Origin: Promethearchaeota archaeon
Lineage (GTDB): Archaea > Asgardarchaeota > Lokiarchaeia > Sigyniarchaeales > SOKP01
Direction: 5' to 3'
DNA length: 64,000 nt
Assembly: GCA_048940445.1 (NCBI GenBank)
Contig: JBHLON010000005.1
Coordinates: 1-64,000, forward strand
Within the stretch, counting starts at the first letter, position 1. Each line of letters starts with the position of its first letter. Shown here in pieces: positions 22,091 through 33,378 of the stretch. The notes beneath the pieces were generated by a model that saw only the letters and a list, made by a program, of their open reading frames with translations, was not told the origin of the DNA and made no database searches. A program made the position numbers and the translations under genes.

Positions 22091-22251
22091 AACGATTATT
22101 TAAGTGTTTGATTAAATTTATATCAACCTATGATTATGATTATTTATAAAGCTATTATTAAAAAACAAATTTGAATTATTATAGAGGGTGAAAAAAGCCC
22201 GAAATAAGAATTTAAAGAAAATGAATCTTCTCTTTAGAGGGAGATGTAGTA

Positions 22252-23916
22252 TTGAAATTGAATAAAGGTTTAAATCCAAAAAAAGCTTATGAGCGAGCTT
22301 TATATTTAGGTTGTGGTTATTCATATGAAGATTTAGCAAAACCAAGAATAGCAATTGTTAATTCTTGGAATGAGTTAATTCCAGGTCATGTTCATTTGAG
22401 AAAACTAGCTGAAATAGCCAAAATAGGAGTTAAAGAAAAAGGTGGGACTCCTATGGAGTTCAATACGATAGCGATCTGTGATGGGATTGCTAACTCAGGA
22501 AATTTTTCAAAGTATGTTTTACCCACCAGAGACATAATTGCAGCTTCAATTGAATGTACTATAAAAGCATACAGATTTGATGGAATGTTAATGTTATGCT
22601 CCTGTGATAAGATTATTCCAGGAATGCTATTGGCTGCTGCTAGATGCAATATTCCTACAATATTTTTAACTGGAGGAATAATGAAACCAAAATATTTTAG
22701 AAATGGCCCTTTAAGAGGTAGAACTTATGTAACATCTGATATAAAAGAATCTATAGGAAAATTTAGAGTAGGAGATCTTACCGAAGAGCAATTTTATCTT
22801 ATAGAGTCTCAGACTTGTTGTTCACCAGGAGCATGTAATATGATGGGTACAGCAAATACAATGGCCTGTATAGTTGAGGCTATGGGACTTTCATTACCCG
22901 GTTGCGCTACCTTAAGTGCAATTGGAGAAGAACGTGAATTGTTAAGCAAAGAAACTGGTAAAGTAATAATGCAATTAGTTGAAAAAGGGATTCGAGCATT
23001 AGATTTAATAACTGAAACTTCAATAAAAAACGCCTGTAAAGTAGCACTTTCATTTGGAGGTTCTACTAATATGGTATTACATATGTGTGCATTGTCTCAA
23101 GAAATTGGAGGCAATTTGAATCATTGTGATTTTGATGATTTAAGTAAATCTGTTCCATTACTTGCAAAATTTAAACCCTCTTCTGAATATACTCTTTCAG
23201 AATTCCATGAGGTAGGTGGTATAAAAGTTTTGATGAAAAAATTATCAAGATATTTAGAATTATCAGTTAAAAATGTGTTAGGATTAACTTTAGAGAAATA
23301 TCTTAATGGTGTTGTATATGAAGATTATCAAGTTATTAGAAATCCAGAGGATCCAATTGAAGTTGAAGGTGGAATTGTTACCTTAACAGGAAATTTAGCA
23401 CCTGAGGGAGCTGTAATAAAACGTAGTGCAGTGGATCCTAAAATGTATTATCATAAAGGTACTGCGAAGGTTTTCGAAAATGAAGAAGAAATAAGAGAAG
23501 CTTTCTCAAATGATAGAATTGAACATGGTGATGTTTTAGTAATAAGATATGAAGGACCTAAAGGTTCACCGGGTATGAGAGAATTATCATTACCAGCAGC
23601 AATGTTAATCGGTATGGGGTATGCTGATTCAGTTGCTATGATCACCGATGGCCGTTTCTCAGGAGCTACAAGAGGGCCTTGTATAGGTCATGTTTGCCCT
23701 GAAGCTTTCGAAGGTGGTCCAATTGCAATTGTTAATGATGGAGATTTAATCGAAATTGATATTAAAAATCGAAAATTGAGTCTAATGATTTCGAATGAAG
23801 AACTTACAAATAGATTAAAAAGTTGGAAAGTCCCATTGTCAAATATTCAAAAGGGCTTCTTAAATACCTATAGAAACATTGTTAGCTCTGCCAAATATGG
23901 AGCATATTTGAAATAA
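22252..23916 (+). CDS. ilvD: Dihydroxy-acid dehydratase (IlvD/Edd family)
   Basis: [54 protein letters not shown]. Confidence 0.88.
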   Translation: MKLNKGLNPKKAYERALYLGCGYSYEDLAKPRIAIVNSWNELIPGHVHLRKLAEIAKIGVKEKGGTPMEFNTIAICDGIANSGNFSKYVLPTRDIIAASIECTIKAYRFDGMLMLCSCDKIIPGMLLAAARCNIPTIFLTGGIMKPKYFRNGPLRGRTYVTSDIKESIGKFRVGDLTEEQFYLIESQTCCSPGACNMMGTANTMACIVEAMGLSLPGCATLSAIGEERELLSKETGKVIMQLVEKGIRALDLITETSIKNACKVALSFGGSTNMVLHMCALSQEIGGNLNHCDFDDLSKSVPLLAKFKPSSEYTLSEFHEVGGIKVLMKKLSRYLELSVKNVLGLTLEKYLNGVVYEDYQVIRNPEDPIEVEGGIVTLTGNLAPEGAVIKRSAVDPKMYYHKGTAKVFENEEEIREAFSNDRIEHGDVLVIRYEGPKGSPGMRELSLPAAMLIGMGYADSVAMITDGRFSGATRGPCIGHVCPEAFEGGPIAIVNDGDLIEIDIKNRKLSLMISNEELTNRLKSWKVPLSNIQKGFLNTYRNIVSSAKYGAYLK

Positions 23917-24020
23917 GGGTTTCGTGAACTTAAAATCGAAATATTAAGAGAATATGACATAAATTTTAATAAAATTTAAGCCTTAGTGAATTCAAAAGTA
24001 ATACAATTTTAAATCGAAAT

Positions 24021-25556
24021 TTGCTGGATTTAAACAAAAAGGAATTAGGAGCAGTAGTAACCCCTCAAGAGACTGCAAAATATATCATATCAAAGTTAGG
24101 TAAAATTCAGTCAAATGAGAAGATTTTGGATCCATGCGTAGGTCCTGGAGTCTTCATCAAAATGCTTCTAAATGCAGGGGTAAATAAAAATCAAATATAT
24201 GCTTATGATATTAACCCCAATTATAAAGAACGCATTAATAATTTAGGAATAAGATTTGAATTAGGAGATACACTCCTGAATTTTAATAATAAATCATTAA
24301 ATGCGTTTGATTTTATAATAGGGAATCCTCCTTACCTTAATAAATCGAGTTCCTATGTGAAAAAGAATAAATCGAAATTAAAAAAAGTCTATGGTCATAT
24401 TAGTGCCCATGAAACTTATTCAATGTTTATAATAAATAGTATATGGAGATTAAAAGAAGGTGGTAAATTGAGCTTTATAACTAGCGATACTTTCTTAACT
24501 CTAATAACTCATAAGAAACTTAGAAGGTTTTTACTTGAAAATACTAAACTTAATGAAATATTATTAGCTCCCAAAGATTTATTTTCTAACCAAGGAGTTA
24601 GCACTAACCCTGTTATAATCACTCTAATTAAATGTACAGGAGAAGTTAATAAAATAGAAAGAGACAATAATATAATTAATGTAATACCTCGCCTTAGACA
24701 CGAATCTGAATATTGGAATCCTCCACTTAATTATTATATAAAGCAAAAAAAATATCACATATTACCTTTCAATATATTTTTCATTGATATAGAACAACAA
24801 ATAATCGAATTATTTGAAAAATCACCTAAATTAAGAGAGTTTATTCGAGGTTATATAGGAATGCATACTCATGATAACAAAAAATTTATTGCTGCGATAG
24901 AAAAAACAGATTTAGCAAATATTTTTAATAAAAGGAATGAAAAAATTATGGAATCAGATAAAAAACATAAAATAATTTCCAGAGATGATCTAAATTCAGA
25001 GAATTGGAAACCTTATTTAAAGCGAGGAGGGTCTGACCAATATTACAGACCAATCATGGAAGCTCTTAAATGGAATAAAGAAGCTATTGCAGTATATGAT
25101 ATCCCTAAGAATGTACCTTTTGAACAAGAAGGAATAGTAGTGAGTGGAATAAGCTCCAAATTATCCGCACGCTATATGCCTAAGGGATGTTATTGGGATT
25201 CAAATAAAGCTATTGGTTTTATCGTTCAGGATAAATCTTTTTCTGTATTATATGCTTTGGGTTTATTGAATAGCTCACTGTATAATTATCTCGCAAAGGG
25301 TATTATAAATAATACCAATAGTATTCAAATTTCTGGAATTCATGCATTACCAATCATAAAACCGAATAAAGAAGTAAAATCAAATGTTGAATTATTAGTA
25401 AGTAAAATAATTGAGGAGAAAAAAAATAATTTAAATTATAATTTTAGATCTATTCAAAAAGAAATTGATAATCTTATATATAATTTCTACAATGTTAGAT
25501 TTAATTTCCCTAAAACTCTAAAAAAGAAATTAGATGAGAATTTTTCAATTTATTAA
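24021..25556 (+). CDS. N6-adenine DNA methyltransferase (Eco57I/TaqI-like, with C-terminal specificity region)
   Basis: ILDPCVGPGVF, IIGNPPY, LKEGGKLSFIT, LGLLNSSLYNY. Confidence 0.8.
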   Translation: MLDLNKKELGAVVTPQETAKYIISKLGKIQSNEKILDPCVGPGVFIKMLLNAGVNKNQIYAYDINPNYKERINNLGIRFELGDTLLNFNNKSLNAFDFIIGNPPYLNKSSSYVKKNKSKLKKVYGHISAHETYSMFIINSIWRLKEGGKLSFITSDTFLTLITHKKLRRFLLENTKLNEILLAPKDLFSNQGVSTNPVIITLIKCTGEVNKIERDNNIINVIPRLRHESEYWNPPLNYYIKQKKYHILPFNIFFIDIEQQIIELFEKSPKLREFIRGYIGMHTHDNKKFIAAIEKTDLANIFNKRNEKIMESDKKHKIISRDDLNSENWKPYLKRGGSDQYYRPIMEALKWNKEAIAVYDIPKNVPFEQEGIVVSGISSKLSARYMPKGCYWDSNKAIGFIVQDKSFSVLYALGLLNSSLYNYLAKGIINNTNSIQISGIHALPIIKPNKEVKSNVELLVSKIIEEKKNNLNYNFRSIQKEIDNLIYNFYNVRFNFPKTLKKKLDENFSIY

Positions 25557-25569
25557 TGAAATAAGTATT

Positions 25570-26856
25570 TTAACAAAAAATATATTTCTTTAGCTCCCAA
25601 TCTGTCTCATTTCCAGCATCGGTTGCTTTTTTATACTCTATGAGTTCTTTCTCTTTTAATTCTATGAATTTTTTTACTACATCCTTTCCGAGTACATCCT
25701 TAATTAATTGACTGTTCTTAAATGCATTTAAAGCCTGGTCTAAACTCCGCGGCAGTGTTTTAATTCCTAAATCTTCTCGTCGTCCATCATTTAAATTATC
25801 AATATTTTCTTTTAGAGGCTTATTTGGTTCGACCTTATTTTTAATTCCGTCTAGACCAGAAGCAAGTAAGAGAGCTGTACCAAGATAAATGTTCATTGCG
25901 GCATCTCCTGCCCGATATTCAACTCTTGCTGACTTTTCATAACCAGGAACGCGGATTAGTGCTGCTCTATTACCTATTCCCCATATGTTATATACTGGAG
26001 CCTCATGATTAGGAATGAGCCTTTTATATGAATTTATAATAGGATTTAGAATAGCTGTTATAGCATCTGCATGTCTTTGTATTCCTCCAATGTAATATCT
26101 TAGCTGATCACTAATTCCTTGCTCTTTATTAGCAAAAATATTTTTTCCTTCTTGACTAAGATATTGATGAATGTGTAGTCCATTCCCTGCTTCTGCAGAA
26201 AATGGTTTTGGAATAAAAGTAGCAATTAGATCATTATAGTAGGATTCTGTTTTAATGATTAATTTTGCAGTTTGAACATTATCTGCTTGATATAAAGCAT
26301 TATATGATAAGAACTCTATTTCATGTTGTCCAGAAGAATTTTCGTGGTGAATAGTTTTAACTCTAATTCCCATTTCAAGCATATCGTCAGTTATTTGACG
26401 TCTTAATTCATCTAAGTGATCTTTGGGAGGCATATCCATATATGTTCCATGATCTGCGGGTTTTAATTCATTAGTCAGAAATGACCACTCTAATTCAGGT
26501 CTTGTCAAAAAGTCATATCCTAAAGAAGAAGCTAAATTTATTTGTTTTTTTAATATACCTCTGGGACACATGGGATAAATATTCCCCTTATTATCAGTAA
26601 TGTCACAAATAAATCGACCTATTCTAGTATTCCAAGGAATTATAGCAAACGTATTTAAGTCCGGAACTATTTGTATATCACTTTGCTCAGTTTTTAGAAA
26701 CCCTATGCTTGACCCATCAATACCTGTTCCTTGTTTCATCTCCTCCCATATTTTGGAGGAAAATTCAACCTCTTTAAATTCTCCTATTAAAGTTGTAAAA
26801 TGAAATTGAATATAATCTATGCCTTTTTCTTCAAAAATCTTAGAAAAATCTTTCAT
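25570..26856 (-). CDS. glnA: Glutamine synthetase family protein
   Basis: DGSSI, RPELEW, HHE..GQHEI, GNGLHIH, NSYKRL, RAALIRVP, RVEYR. Confidence 0.8.
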   Translation of the reverse strand: MKDFSKIFEEKGIDYIQFHFTTLIGEFKEVEFSSKIWEEMKQGTGIDGSSIGFLKTEQSDIQIVPDLNTFAIIPWNTRIGRFICDITDNKGNIYPMCPRGILKKQINLASSLGYDFLTRPELEWSFLTNELKPADHGTYMDMPPKDHLDELRRQITDDMLEMGIRVKTIHHENSSGQHEIEFLSYNALYQADNVQTAKLIIKTESYYNDLIATFIPKPFSAEAGNGLHIHQYLSQEGKNIFANKEQGISDQLRYYIGGIQRHADAITAILNPIINSYKRLIPNHEAPVYNIWGIGNRAALIRVPGYEKSARVEYRAGDAAMNIYLGTALLLASGLDGIKNKVEPNKPLKENIDNLNDGRREDLGIKTLPRSLDQALNAFKNSQLIKDVLGKDVVKKFIELKEKELIEYKKATDAGNETDWELKKYIFC

Positions 26857-26905
26857 AATGTTAAATTAAGTATGATAAATGTATGAATTAAAAGGAAATG
26901 TAAGA

Positions 26906-28723
26906 TTAAAGTTTTTCTCCTTTAATTTCCTCATTATATTTTTTTCTGCGATCTTTTAAATAAGAAGGAATCGCTACATCCCACCAACCTACTGCTGGGG
27001 ATCCTGTGAAAGGAAACTCTCTTTGTACTTCTATTTCTATTACAGCTGGTTTAGCTGATTTTGAAGCTTTTTCTAAAGCAGTTATAATCTCTTCTTTCTT
27101 AGAAATCTTTATGGCATAGCAACCAAAAGCCTCTCCAATTTTAGCAAAATCTGGAGAGTATGTTTTACCTTCCTTATCTTTGAATGCTGTACCATAACCA
27201 CGATCTTCACCAAAAGCTGTCTGTTGCAAATCTTTTATCGCTATCCAGCCATGATTATTTATGACTATAAAAAAAATGTTTGTTAATCCCAATTGCACAG
27301 CAACTGATAATTCAGAGATTGTCATCATAAAGTCGCCGTCTCCTACTAATGCAACGACTTGTCTATCTGGTTTTCCGATATCTATTGACCCTAATTTTGC
27401 TCCAATCGCAGCTGGAACACTATAACCCATGGTTGAGAATCCACCTGTTGTCAAGCAAGTTCTTTGTTCATAAAACTCTAATTCCTGAAGCATCTGGGCT
27501 TGAACGTTACCAGAACTAGTAACAATAACAGCATCTCTATCGAAGAACTTCCTAACTTCTCTTAAAACTGTAGATATCATTACTGGAACTTTTGAATCAT
27601 CTCGATGTTGATTTAAAAATTCAAACCACCTTTTTTTCTCCTCTTGTATTTCTTTATAATAGAAAGTAGATTTGTAATCTTTTTGAAAATCTTTCAATTC
27701 GTTAATGATTTGTTTTAAACAGGATTTCGCATCACCAACTATCCCTACAGTAACAGGGTAATTCTTGCCAATTTCATGTGGGTCTAAATCAATTTGAATT
27801 AATTTAGTGGGAGGAATTGAAAAACTCACACCTTGTTTATAAGAACTGGCTGTTTCATCTGCAAATCTACATCCTATTGCAAGGATGACATCAGCAGTGG
27901 AAGTCATCTTCAAGCCAACAGTGGTTCCTTTCGAACCAGCTGACCAACAATAAAGTGGATGAGTATTATCGATTATATCTTTCCCCATCATAGTGACTAC
28001 AACAGCCGCTCCTAATTTTTCTGCTAAAATTTTAATCTCCCCACTTGCATTTGAATCGACAGCACCTCCTCCTACAAATAATACAGGCCTTTTAGCAAAT
28101 TTAAGTAATATGGAAGCCTCACTAATTAACTCAGGATCAGCCATAAAACGTCCTTGATATCTTCTCTCTAGCGGATCTGGGATTTCTACATCTATACCAT
28201 TAGCTTGAACATCCATAGGAAGATCAATATGAACAGGTCCTTTTCTACCGCTTAACATTATATTGAAAGCTCTTTGCATTATTGTAGGTAACTGACTGAC
28301 GACATCAACTTCAAAGCTACGCTTCACTATTGGTTCAAGGATTCTAGGCATACCAGAATCTTTTTTGCGTTCTATCTCTTGTAAAACGCCCTTACCTCTC
28401 ATATGTACATGTGTATCACCTGTGATTATAAGACAGGGAAAGGAATCAACAAAAGCATCAGCAACACCAATTGCAGTATTAATAGCGCCTGGACCTATTG
28501 ATGTAAATACGGTTAAAGGTTTTCTTGTTATTCTGTAATATCCAACAGCCATATGTACACCAGACATTTCCTGTTTAGGTTGTATTAATCTCAAGCGCTC
28601 TTTATCCTTAAAAAAAGCATCAACCAATGCTAAACATCCATGACCGGGAATCCCTATAACATATTTAACTCCTTCTTTTATTAAATATTTAGTTATAATT
28701 TCTCCTCCAGTATATTCAGGCAT
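26906..28723 (-). CDS. Thiamine-diphosphate-dependent enzyme (acetolactate synthase large subunit / IolD-like)
   Basis: GIPGHG, TSIGPGAIN, GPVHIDLP, STMGY, GDGDFMM..EL, NNHGW. Confidence 0.85.
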   Translation of the reverse strand: MPEYTGGEIITKYLIKEGVKYVIGIPGHGCLALVDAFFKDKERLRLIQPKQEMSGVHMAVGYYRITRKPLTVFTSIGPGAINTAIGVADAFVDSFPCLIITGDTHVHMRGKGVLQEIERKKDSGMPRILEPIVKRSFEVDVVSQLPTIMQRAFNIMLSGRKGPVHIDLPMDVQANGIDVEIPDPLERRYQGRFMADPELISEASILLKFAKRPVLFVGGGAVDSNASGEIKILAEKLGAAVVVTMMGKDIIDNTHPLYCWSAGSKGTTVGLKMTSTADVILAIGCRFADETASSYKQGVSFSIPPTKLIQIDLDPHEIGKNYPVTVGIVGDAKSCLKQIINELKDFQKDYKSTFYYKEIQEEKKRWFEFLNQHRDDSKVPVMISTVLREVRKFFDRDAVIVTSSGNVQAQMLQELEFYEQRTCLTTGGFSTMGYSVPAAIGAKLGSIDIGKPDRQVVALVGDGDFMMTISELSVAVQLGLTNIFFIVINNHGWIAIKDLQQTAFGEDRGYGTAFKDKEGKTYSPDFAKIGEAFGCYAIKISKKEEIITALEKASKSAKPAVIEIEVQREFPFTGSPAVGWWDVAIPSYLKDRRKKYNEEIKGEKL

Positions 28724-28890
28724 GTTTCTTTCTAATATTTATTAATTTTTGAATCAATAATTTTATGAATATAAAACTAAAATTAAGTTTTTTTTATCAA
28801 TAAGTTTTAAAATTCATTAATCCCCTCCAGTTTATAAGTTAACAGTCAAAACTTTATTGCATATATCTTACATTTTTGTTGAGTTAGAAT

Positions 28891-30180
28891 TTGCCATCTA
28901 TTTTAGAAAAAATTCAAGTACTAGGAGAAAATTCAAAATATGACATATGTGCTAGTACGGCTTCCAGTCGCACAAAAAAGTATCCAAAATTATTCGGAGA
29001 TTCAAAAAATTGGATAGGTGCTACTGCAAATGCTGGGATTTGCCATAGCTATACTCCTGATGGTAGATGCATGAGTCTTTTTAAAACATTATATAGTAAT
29101 AAATGTATTTTCAATTGCAAATATTGTTTTTCTCATAGTTGTACGCGAAAAATGAGTTTTACTCCAGAAGAATATGCTCGAAGCTTCATGAAACTATATT
29201 CTATGAATGTAGTAGAAGGAGTGTTTATCTCATCAGCAGTATGTAAGAGCGCTGATAGTACAACCGAGGAAATGCTAGATGTAATAAAACTTCTAAGATT
29301 TAAGTACAGATTTCAAGGATATATTCATTTTAAATGTTTACCGGGGGTGAGTCAATATCTACTTAAAGAAGCAATATCTTTAGCTGATCGAATATCAATT
29401 AATTCGGAGGCATCTACTAAGGAATATCTTGCGGAAATTGCCGAACAAAAAGATTTAAATAATGATATTTTAACTCGTCAAAAATGGATTAAAGATCTAC
29501 GTATAAAGCATAATAAAGAAGCTCTAAAAATTCTAAAAGATCTAAAAGAAGATTGTCAATTAGATTTTCAAGAAAAAATGATTGGGAATCATCGAAAGAA
29601 TGGCTATAAAAGTTTTCGCTGGGATGGTGCACCTATTTTAAACAGTGGACAAACTACTCAATTTGTAGTAGGTGCTAATGAGAATGAAACAGATCTTGAT
29701 TTGCTCAGGAGGATCGATTGGGGCTATAAAAAGGTTGATCTTAGAAGAGCTTATTTTTCCTCATTTATACCCATAAGAGGTAGCCCGTTAGAAGATAAAC
29801 AAGGCGCCTCCGTAACTAGAGAACATAGGTTATACCAATGTGATTGGTTACTAAGAATTTATCATTACACATTGAAAGACTTAGAAGAAATTTTAACGGA
29901 TGAAGGAAATTTACCTGAAGGAGATCCTAAAGTCCATTTAGCACGACAATATATCGAGAGGGTTGGACCAATTGATCCGAATAAGGCATCATATAATGAA
30001 TTGTTACGTATACCAGGGATAGGACCAGTTTCAGCTAAAAGAATTATTAATCTAAGGTCTCAAAAGTTCATAATCAAACGTCGTTCTGAATTAAAGTCTG
30101 TTGGCGTTGTGCTTAAAAGAGCTGATCCTTTTATTTTGTTAAATGGACAACATCAGAGTATATTATCCAACTATGTTTAG
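28891..30180 (+). CDS. Putative DNA modification/repair radical SAM protein with HhH motif
   Basis: KYDICAS, GICHSYTPDGRC, CIFNCKYC, REHRLYQCDWLLR, LLRIPGIGP. Confidence 0.85.
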   Translation: MPSILEKIQVLGENSKYDICASTASSRTKKYPKLFGDSKNWIGATANAGICHSYTPDGRCMSLFKTLYSNKCIFNCKYCFSHSCTRKMSFTPEEYARSFMKLYSMNVVEGVFISSAVCKSADSTTEEMLDVIKLLRFKYRFQGYIHFKCLPGVSQYLLKEAISLADRISINSEASTKEYLAEIAEQKDLNNDILTRQKWIKDLRIKHNKEALKILKDLKEDCQLDFQEKMIGNHRKNGYKSFRWDGAPILNSGQTTQFVVGANENETDLDLLRRIDWGYKKVDLRRAYFSSFIPIRGSPLEDKQGASVTREHRLYQCDWLLRIYHYTLKDLEEILTDEGNLPEGDPKVHLARQYIERVGPIDPNKASYNELLRIPGIGPVSAKRIINLRSQKFIIKRRSELKSVGVVLKRADPFILLNGQHQSILSNYV

Positions 30181-30192
30181 AGGAAGAAAAGA

Positions 30193-30864
30193 TTGAGTGA
30201 AAAAAGAGAATATAAAGATCCATTAGAGGTAATAGGATGTGCTAAAGGGTATTCTCGTGAAGATTTAATTAAAAATCTTAAAAGACATGCGCTATTTACT
30301 CCAAGCTTAATAAATCAGATTAAAAAGATACCTAATGTTGTTTTACGCAATTTAGGAACACAGAAAGCGAAAAAACTTAATATAATGATGCGAGAAATAT
30401 TTAAGGAAGCTTATAGAGCAAAACAATTTACTCGAACAGAAATAAATAATCGTGGTGTATTATATGGAGTGGTATGTCTAAAACACCAAGTTATTGATCT
30501 TGTTTTACAATATTTTCATGAACGATGGCCGGAGTGTGTCATTTGTCTTTATAACGAATATAATAAAAAAACAAGTATTATCAATGAAAGTGGAAATATA
30601 CATGATACTTACTTTTCTCTGAAATACGTAGTAGAAAAAGTTAGCAAAAAACGCCCAATAATCCCTTATTTTGATGATATTCAATTTACTGGTAGAGAAA
30701 TATTTGAAACTTTATACAAGTCTCAGTACATTCCAGAACGAGACAATCAACCATTTTTCAAAAAAATGATTCCGAAGCAATGTTTTGAATTACCTGGTAT
30801 GCGAAATGGAATAGAAAAAAAGTTTCGTTATCGTCATAAAAAACTAGATTATTTTCTTAAATAA
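30193..30864 (+). CDS. DUF4130-like partner of the DNA-repair radical SAM protein
   Basis: EAYRAKQFTR, YFHERWP, LYKSQYIPERDN..KKMIPK; directly downstream of the radical SAM gene. Confidence 0.6.
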   Translation: MSEKREYKDPLEVIGCAKGYSREDLIKNLKRHALFTPSLINQIKKIPNVVLRNLGTQKAKKLNIMMREIFKEAYRAKQFTRTEINNRGVLYGVVCLKHQVIDLVLQYFHERWPECVICLYNEYNKKTSIINESGNIHDTYFSLKYVVEKVSKKRPIIPYFDDIQFTGREIFETLYKSQYIPERDNQPFFKKMIPKQCFELPGMRNGIEKKFRYRHKKLDYFLK

Positions 30865-30990
30865 AATTAGCTTACAATTTTTTTTATAAAGTTGGTAGTA
30901 GGTTTTTTCAATAAAAGATAAAATCAAACCTTATATGATCTCTCTCTTTATTTTTCATTAGTAATTAAGAATACAGAATTAAGACTCATC

Positions 30991-31770
30991 ATGGCCCCAA
31001 AAATAATATCTTTTAGCGGAAAAGGTGGTGTGGGAAAATCAACATTGTTAATTTTAATGCTCAAATTCATCTTGGAAACTAAAAAGTATAAAAATATACT
31101 AATAATTGATGCTGATCCTGATGCAAACATTGGTGATATTATTGGAAAAGAAATAACTTTTAGAGAAACAGTTGGGGGTAAAATGGCATCATTGAAAGAG
31201 CAAATACAAAAAAGGCAAATACCACTTGAAGTTTCAAAGGATCAAATTATAGAATCCGAGGTGTTTGATGCATTGCTTGAAATGGATGATTTTGATATTC
31301 TGGAAATGGGCAGAGGGGAGGGCTCGGGATGCTATTGTAGTGTTAATAATGCGCTCAAACGTATTATTGATGTATTAGCAAAAAATTATGACATTGTCCT
31401 TATTGATGCTCCTGCCGGATTAGAATATTTTTCTCGAAAGACAGGACAGGATGTTACAGACCTTATAATTGTGACAGACCCAAGTAAAATGGGATTTCAT
31501 ACTATGGAGCGAATCATTGAAGTAAGTAAAGACGTAGAACTAGATTTTGAAAATATTTTAATTATCGGAAACAGATTTCCAAAGGATTTAGAGAACCTTA
31601 TAATAGAACGTGTAGAAAAATTACACGAAAATAATGTAAGATTTCTGGGATCGCTGCCAAACGACGAAGAAATCAGTAAAATGAATTTAGTTGGAGAAAA
31701 TCTATTGACAATTTCTAGTAATAGTAGGGCATACATTAATGCCAAAGAATTGTTTGCGAAAGTCGTTTAA
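30991..31770 (+). CDS. cooC: CooC/AcsF-type nickel-insertion ATPase
   Basis: SGKGGVGKS, IDADPDAN, GSGCYC, DAPAGLEYFSR. Confidence 0.8.
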   Translation: MAPKIISFSGKGGVGKSTLLILMLKFILETKKYKNILIIDADPDANIGDIIGKEITFRETVGGKMASLKEQIQKRQIPLEVSKDQIIESEVFDALLEMDDFDILEMGRGEGSGCYCSVNNALKRIIDVLAKNYDIVLIDAPAGLEYFSRKTGQDVTDLIIVTDPSKMGFHTMERIIEVSKDVELDFENILIIGNRFPKDLENLIIERVEKLHENNVRFLGSLPNDEEISKMNLVGENLLTISSNSRAYINAKELFAKVV

Positions 31771-31783
31771 ATTTAATTTAAGT

Positions 31784-32596
31784 CTACTCCTGTCTGTATA
31801 CAGGCACAATTTTTGAAGTAAACTCTTCAAGAGAATAAGGAAATTCGTCCTCACTAGATATCTTACCCAATTCTAGCAAAATTTGTCTTGCTAATAACCA
31901 GAATGATAATCCTAAGGCTTTTTTACCACGATTATTTGCAGGAATCGCAAGATCTATTCCATTAAGAATATCATCAGTATCAAATAATGCTACAACAGGA
32001 ATACGGGCTAATTTTGCTTCTCTAAGGATTACCTTATCTGCATGAGGATCAACAATGACAACCACAGAAGCGTCTTTGATATAATCATCAATCTGAGGAT
32101 TAGTAAGTGAGCCCGGTATAAATCTATCCACAATAGCTTTACACCCTAGAGCGTCGCAGAATTTACGAACGGGTTCTTTTCCATATCTTCTAACAGATGT
32201 TACGATTACTCGATCACTTCCTTCTTCGATATATTTACTTAAAAATTTTGCTGCGATTTTTAATCGCTCATCCGTTTTAGTTAAGTCGATAACATAAAGG
32301 CCATAATTAGTCTGTCTATAAATAAACCTTCTTGCATCTCCAGAGAGTAATTTTGTCCCGATATGTATTCCACAACTTAAATAAAGTTGTTTTTGTTCTT
32401 CATCTTTATCGATTATTTTTTGAGCTGCTACAGCATCCTCTTCAATACTTTCTGTGTCAAGTAGATCGAGTTCTTCAACTAAATCAAGATCTTCCTCGAA
32501 ATCCTCAACGAAATCTTCTTCAAATTCAAAATCTTCTGTCTTTTCCTTTTCTTCGGTTTTTTTAGCATCTTCAGCCTTTTTCTTCTTTTTAGCCAA
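31784..32596 (-). CDS. rps2: 30S ribosomal protein uS2 with N-terminal basic/acidic extension
   Basis: YLSCGIHIGT, RFIPGSLTNP, DLAIPANNRG, WLLARQIL. Confidence 0.95.
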   Translation of the reverse strand: MAKKKKKAEDAKKTEEKEKTEDFEFEEDFVEDFEEDLDLVEELDLLDTESIEEDAVAAQKIIDKDEEQKQLYLSCGIHIGTKLLSGDARRFIYRQTNYGLYVIDLTKTDERLKIAAKFLSKYIEEGSDRVIVTSVRRYGKEPVRKFCDALGCKAIVDRFIPGSLTNPQIDDYIKDASVVVIVDPHADKVILREAKLARIPVVALFDTDDILNGIDLAIPANNRGKKALGLSFWLLARQILLELGKISSEDEFPYSLEEFTSKIVPVYRQE

Positions 32597-32794
32597 GGTA
32601 AGACCCTAAGAGTTAGTTAATTATTAAATTAATAAAATTGTCTCAAATATATTAATTAAAATAGCATAATTTTAATATTTTATTAAAAGAAGTCAACTAT
32701 GTGCTTTAGAACTAAAGAATTAAAATATTGTATTAATTCCTATTTATAATAAATTTATTAATTATAAAAGAAGCTCGAAAAGATGGTTTAAACT

Positions 32795-33283
32795 ATGGTA
32801 TCATACCGATTGGTAATAGGAATCATTGTAGGGGTAACATTTGGCTTTTTCACAAGTTTATTCTTTGATTTGGGTGGTACTCTTCCAATTATCCAAGTCA
32901 CGGCAGGTTCCGATTTTTTAAAAATAGTCACTATACTAATTGGTTGGAATTTTAAATATGATATCATTTCTTTTTTTACTGAGAACCCTTCCATTGTCAG
33001 CTTTTTTGCTCCCCAACTTTTAGCTTGCATCTTTGTAGGCTATTTAAGCGGATCTATTTCAAAAGGATTTAAAAGAGGATTAGTGGCTAGCACAGTAGTC
33101 ATTGTCGTAGATTTATTAATTTGGATGCTATTGAGCGTAATTGGTGGTGAAGATCTCATGGCTTTGTTTCAACCACCACAACTTTTCTCAACCGTTGGAG
33201 GAATTATTAGTGCTTTAATTGGAGCAATTCTAGGAGGGATAATTGGTGGCTCAATTAGTGGCCCATATGAGGAAGTTTATTAA
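32795..33283 (+). CDS. Small multi-pass membrane protein, Gly-rich TM helices
   Basis: About 4 hydrophobic segments with GxxxG repeats. Confidence 0.6.
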   Translation: MVSYRLVIGIIVGVTFGFFTSLFFDLGGTLPIIQVTAGSDFLKIVTILIGWNFKYDIISFFTENPSIVSFFAPQLLACIFVGYLSGSISKGFKRGLVASTVVIVVDLLIWMLLSVIGGEDLMALFQPPQLFSTVGGIISALIGAILGGIIGGSISGPYEEVY

Positions 33284-33378
33284 CTCTCTTTTTTATTTAT
33301 CAGTAAATAAAAAGCTTTCCATCTTACTTATGAAAATATAACTAAACCTTAAAGCTAATTCTTAATATATAAAAAATA

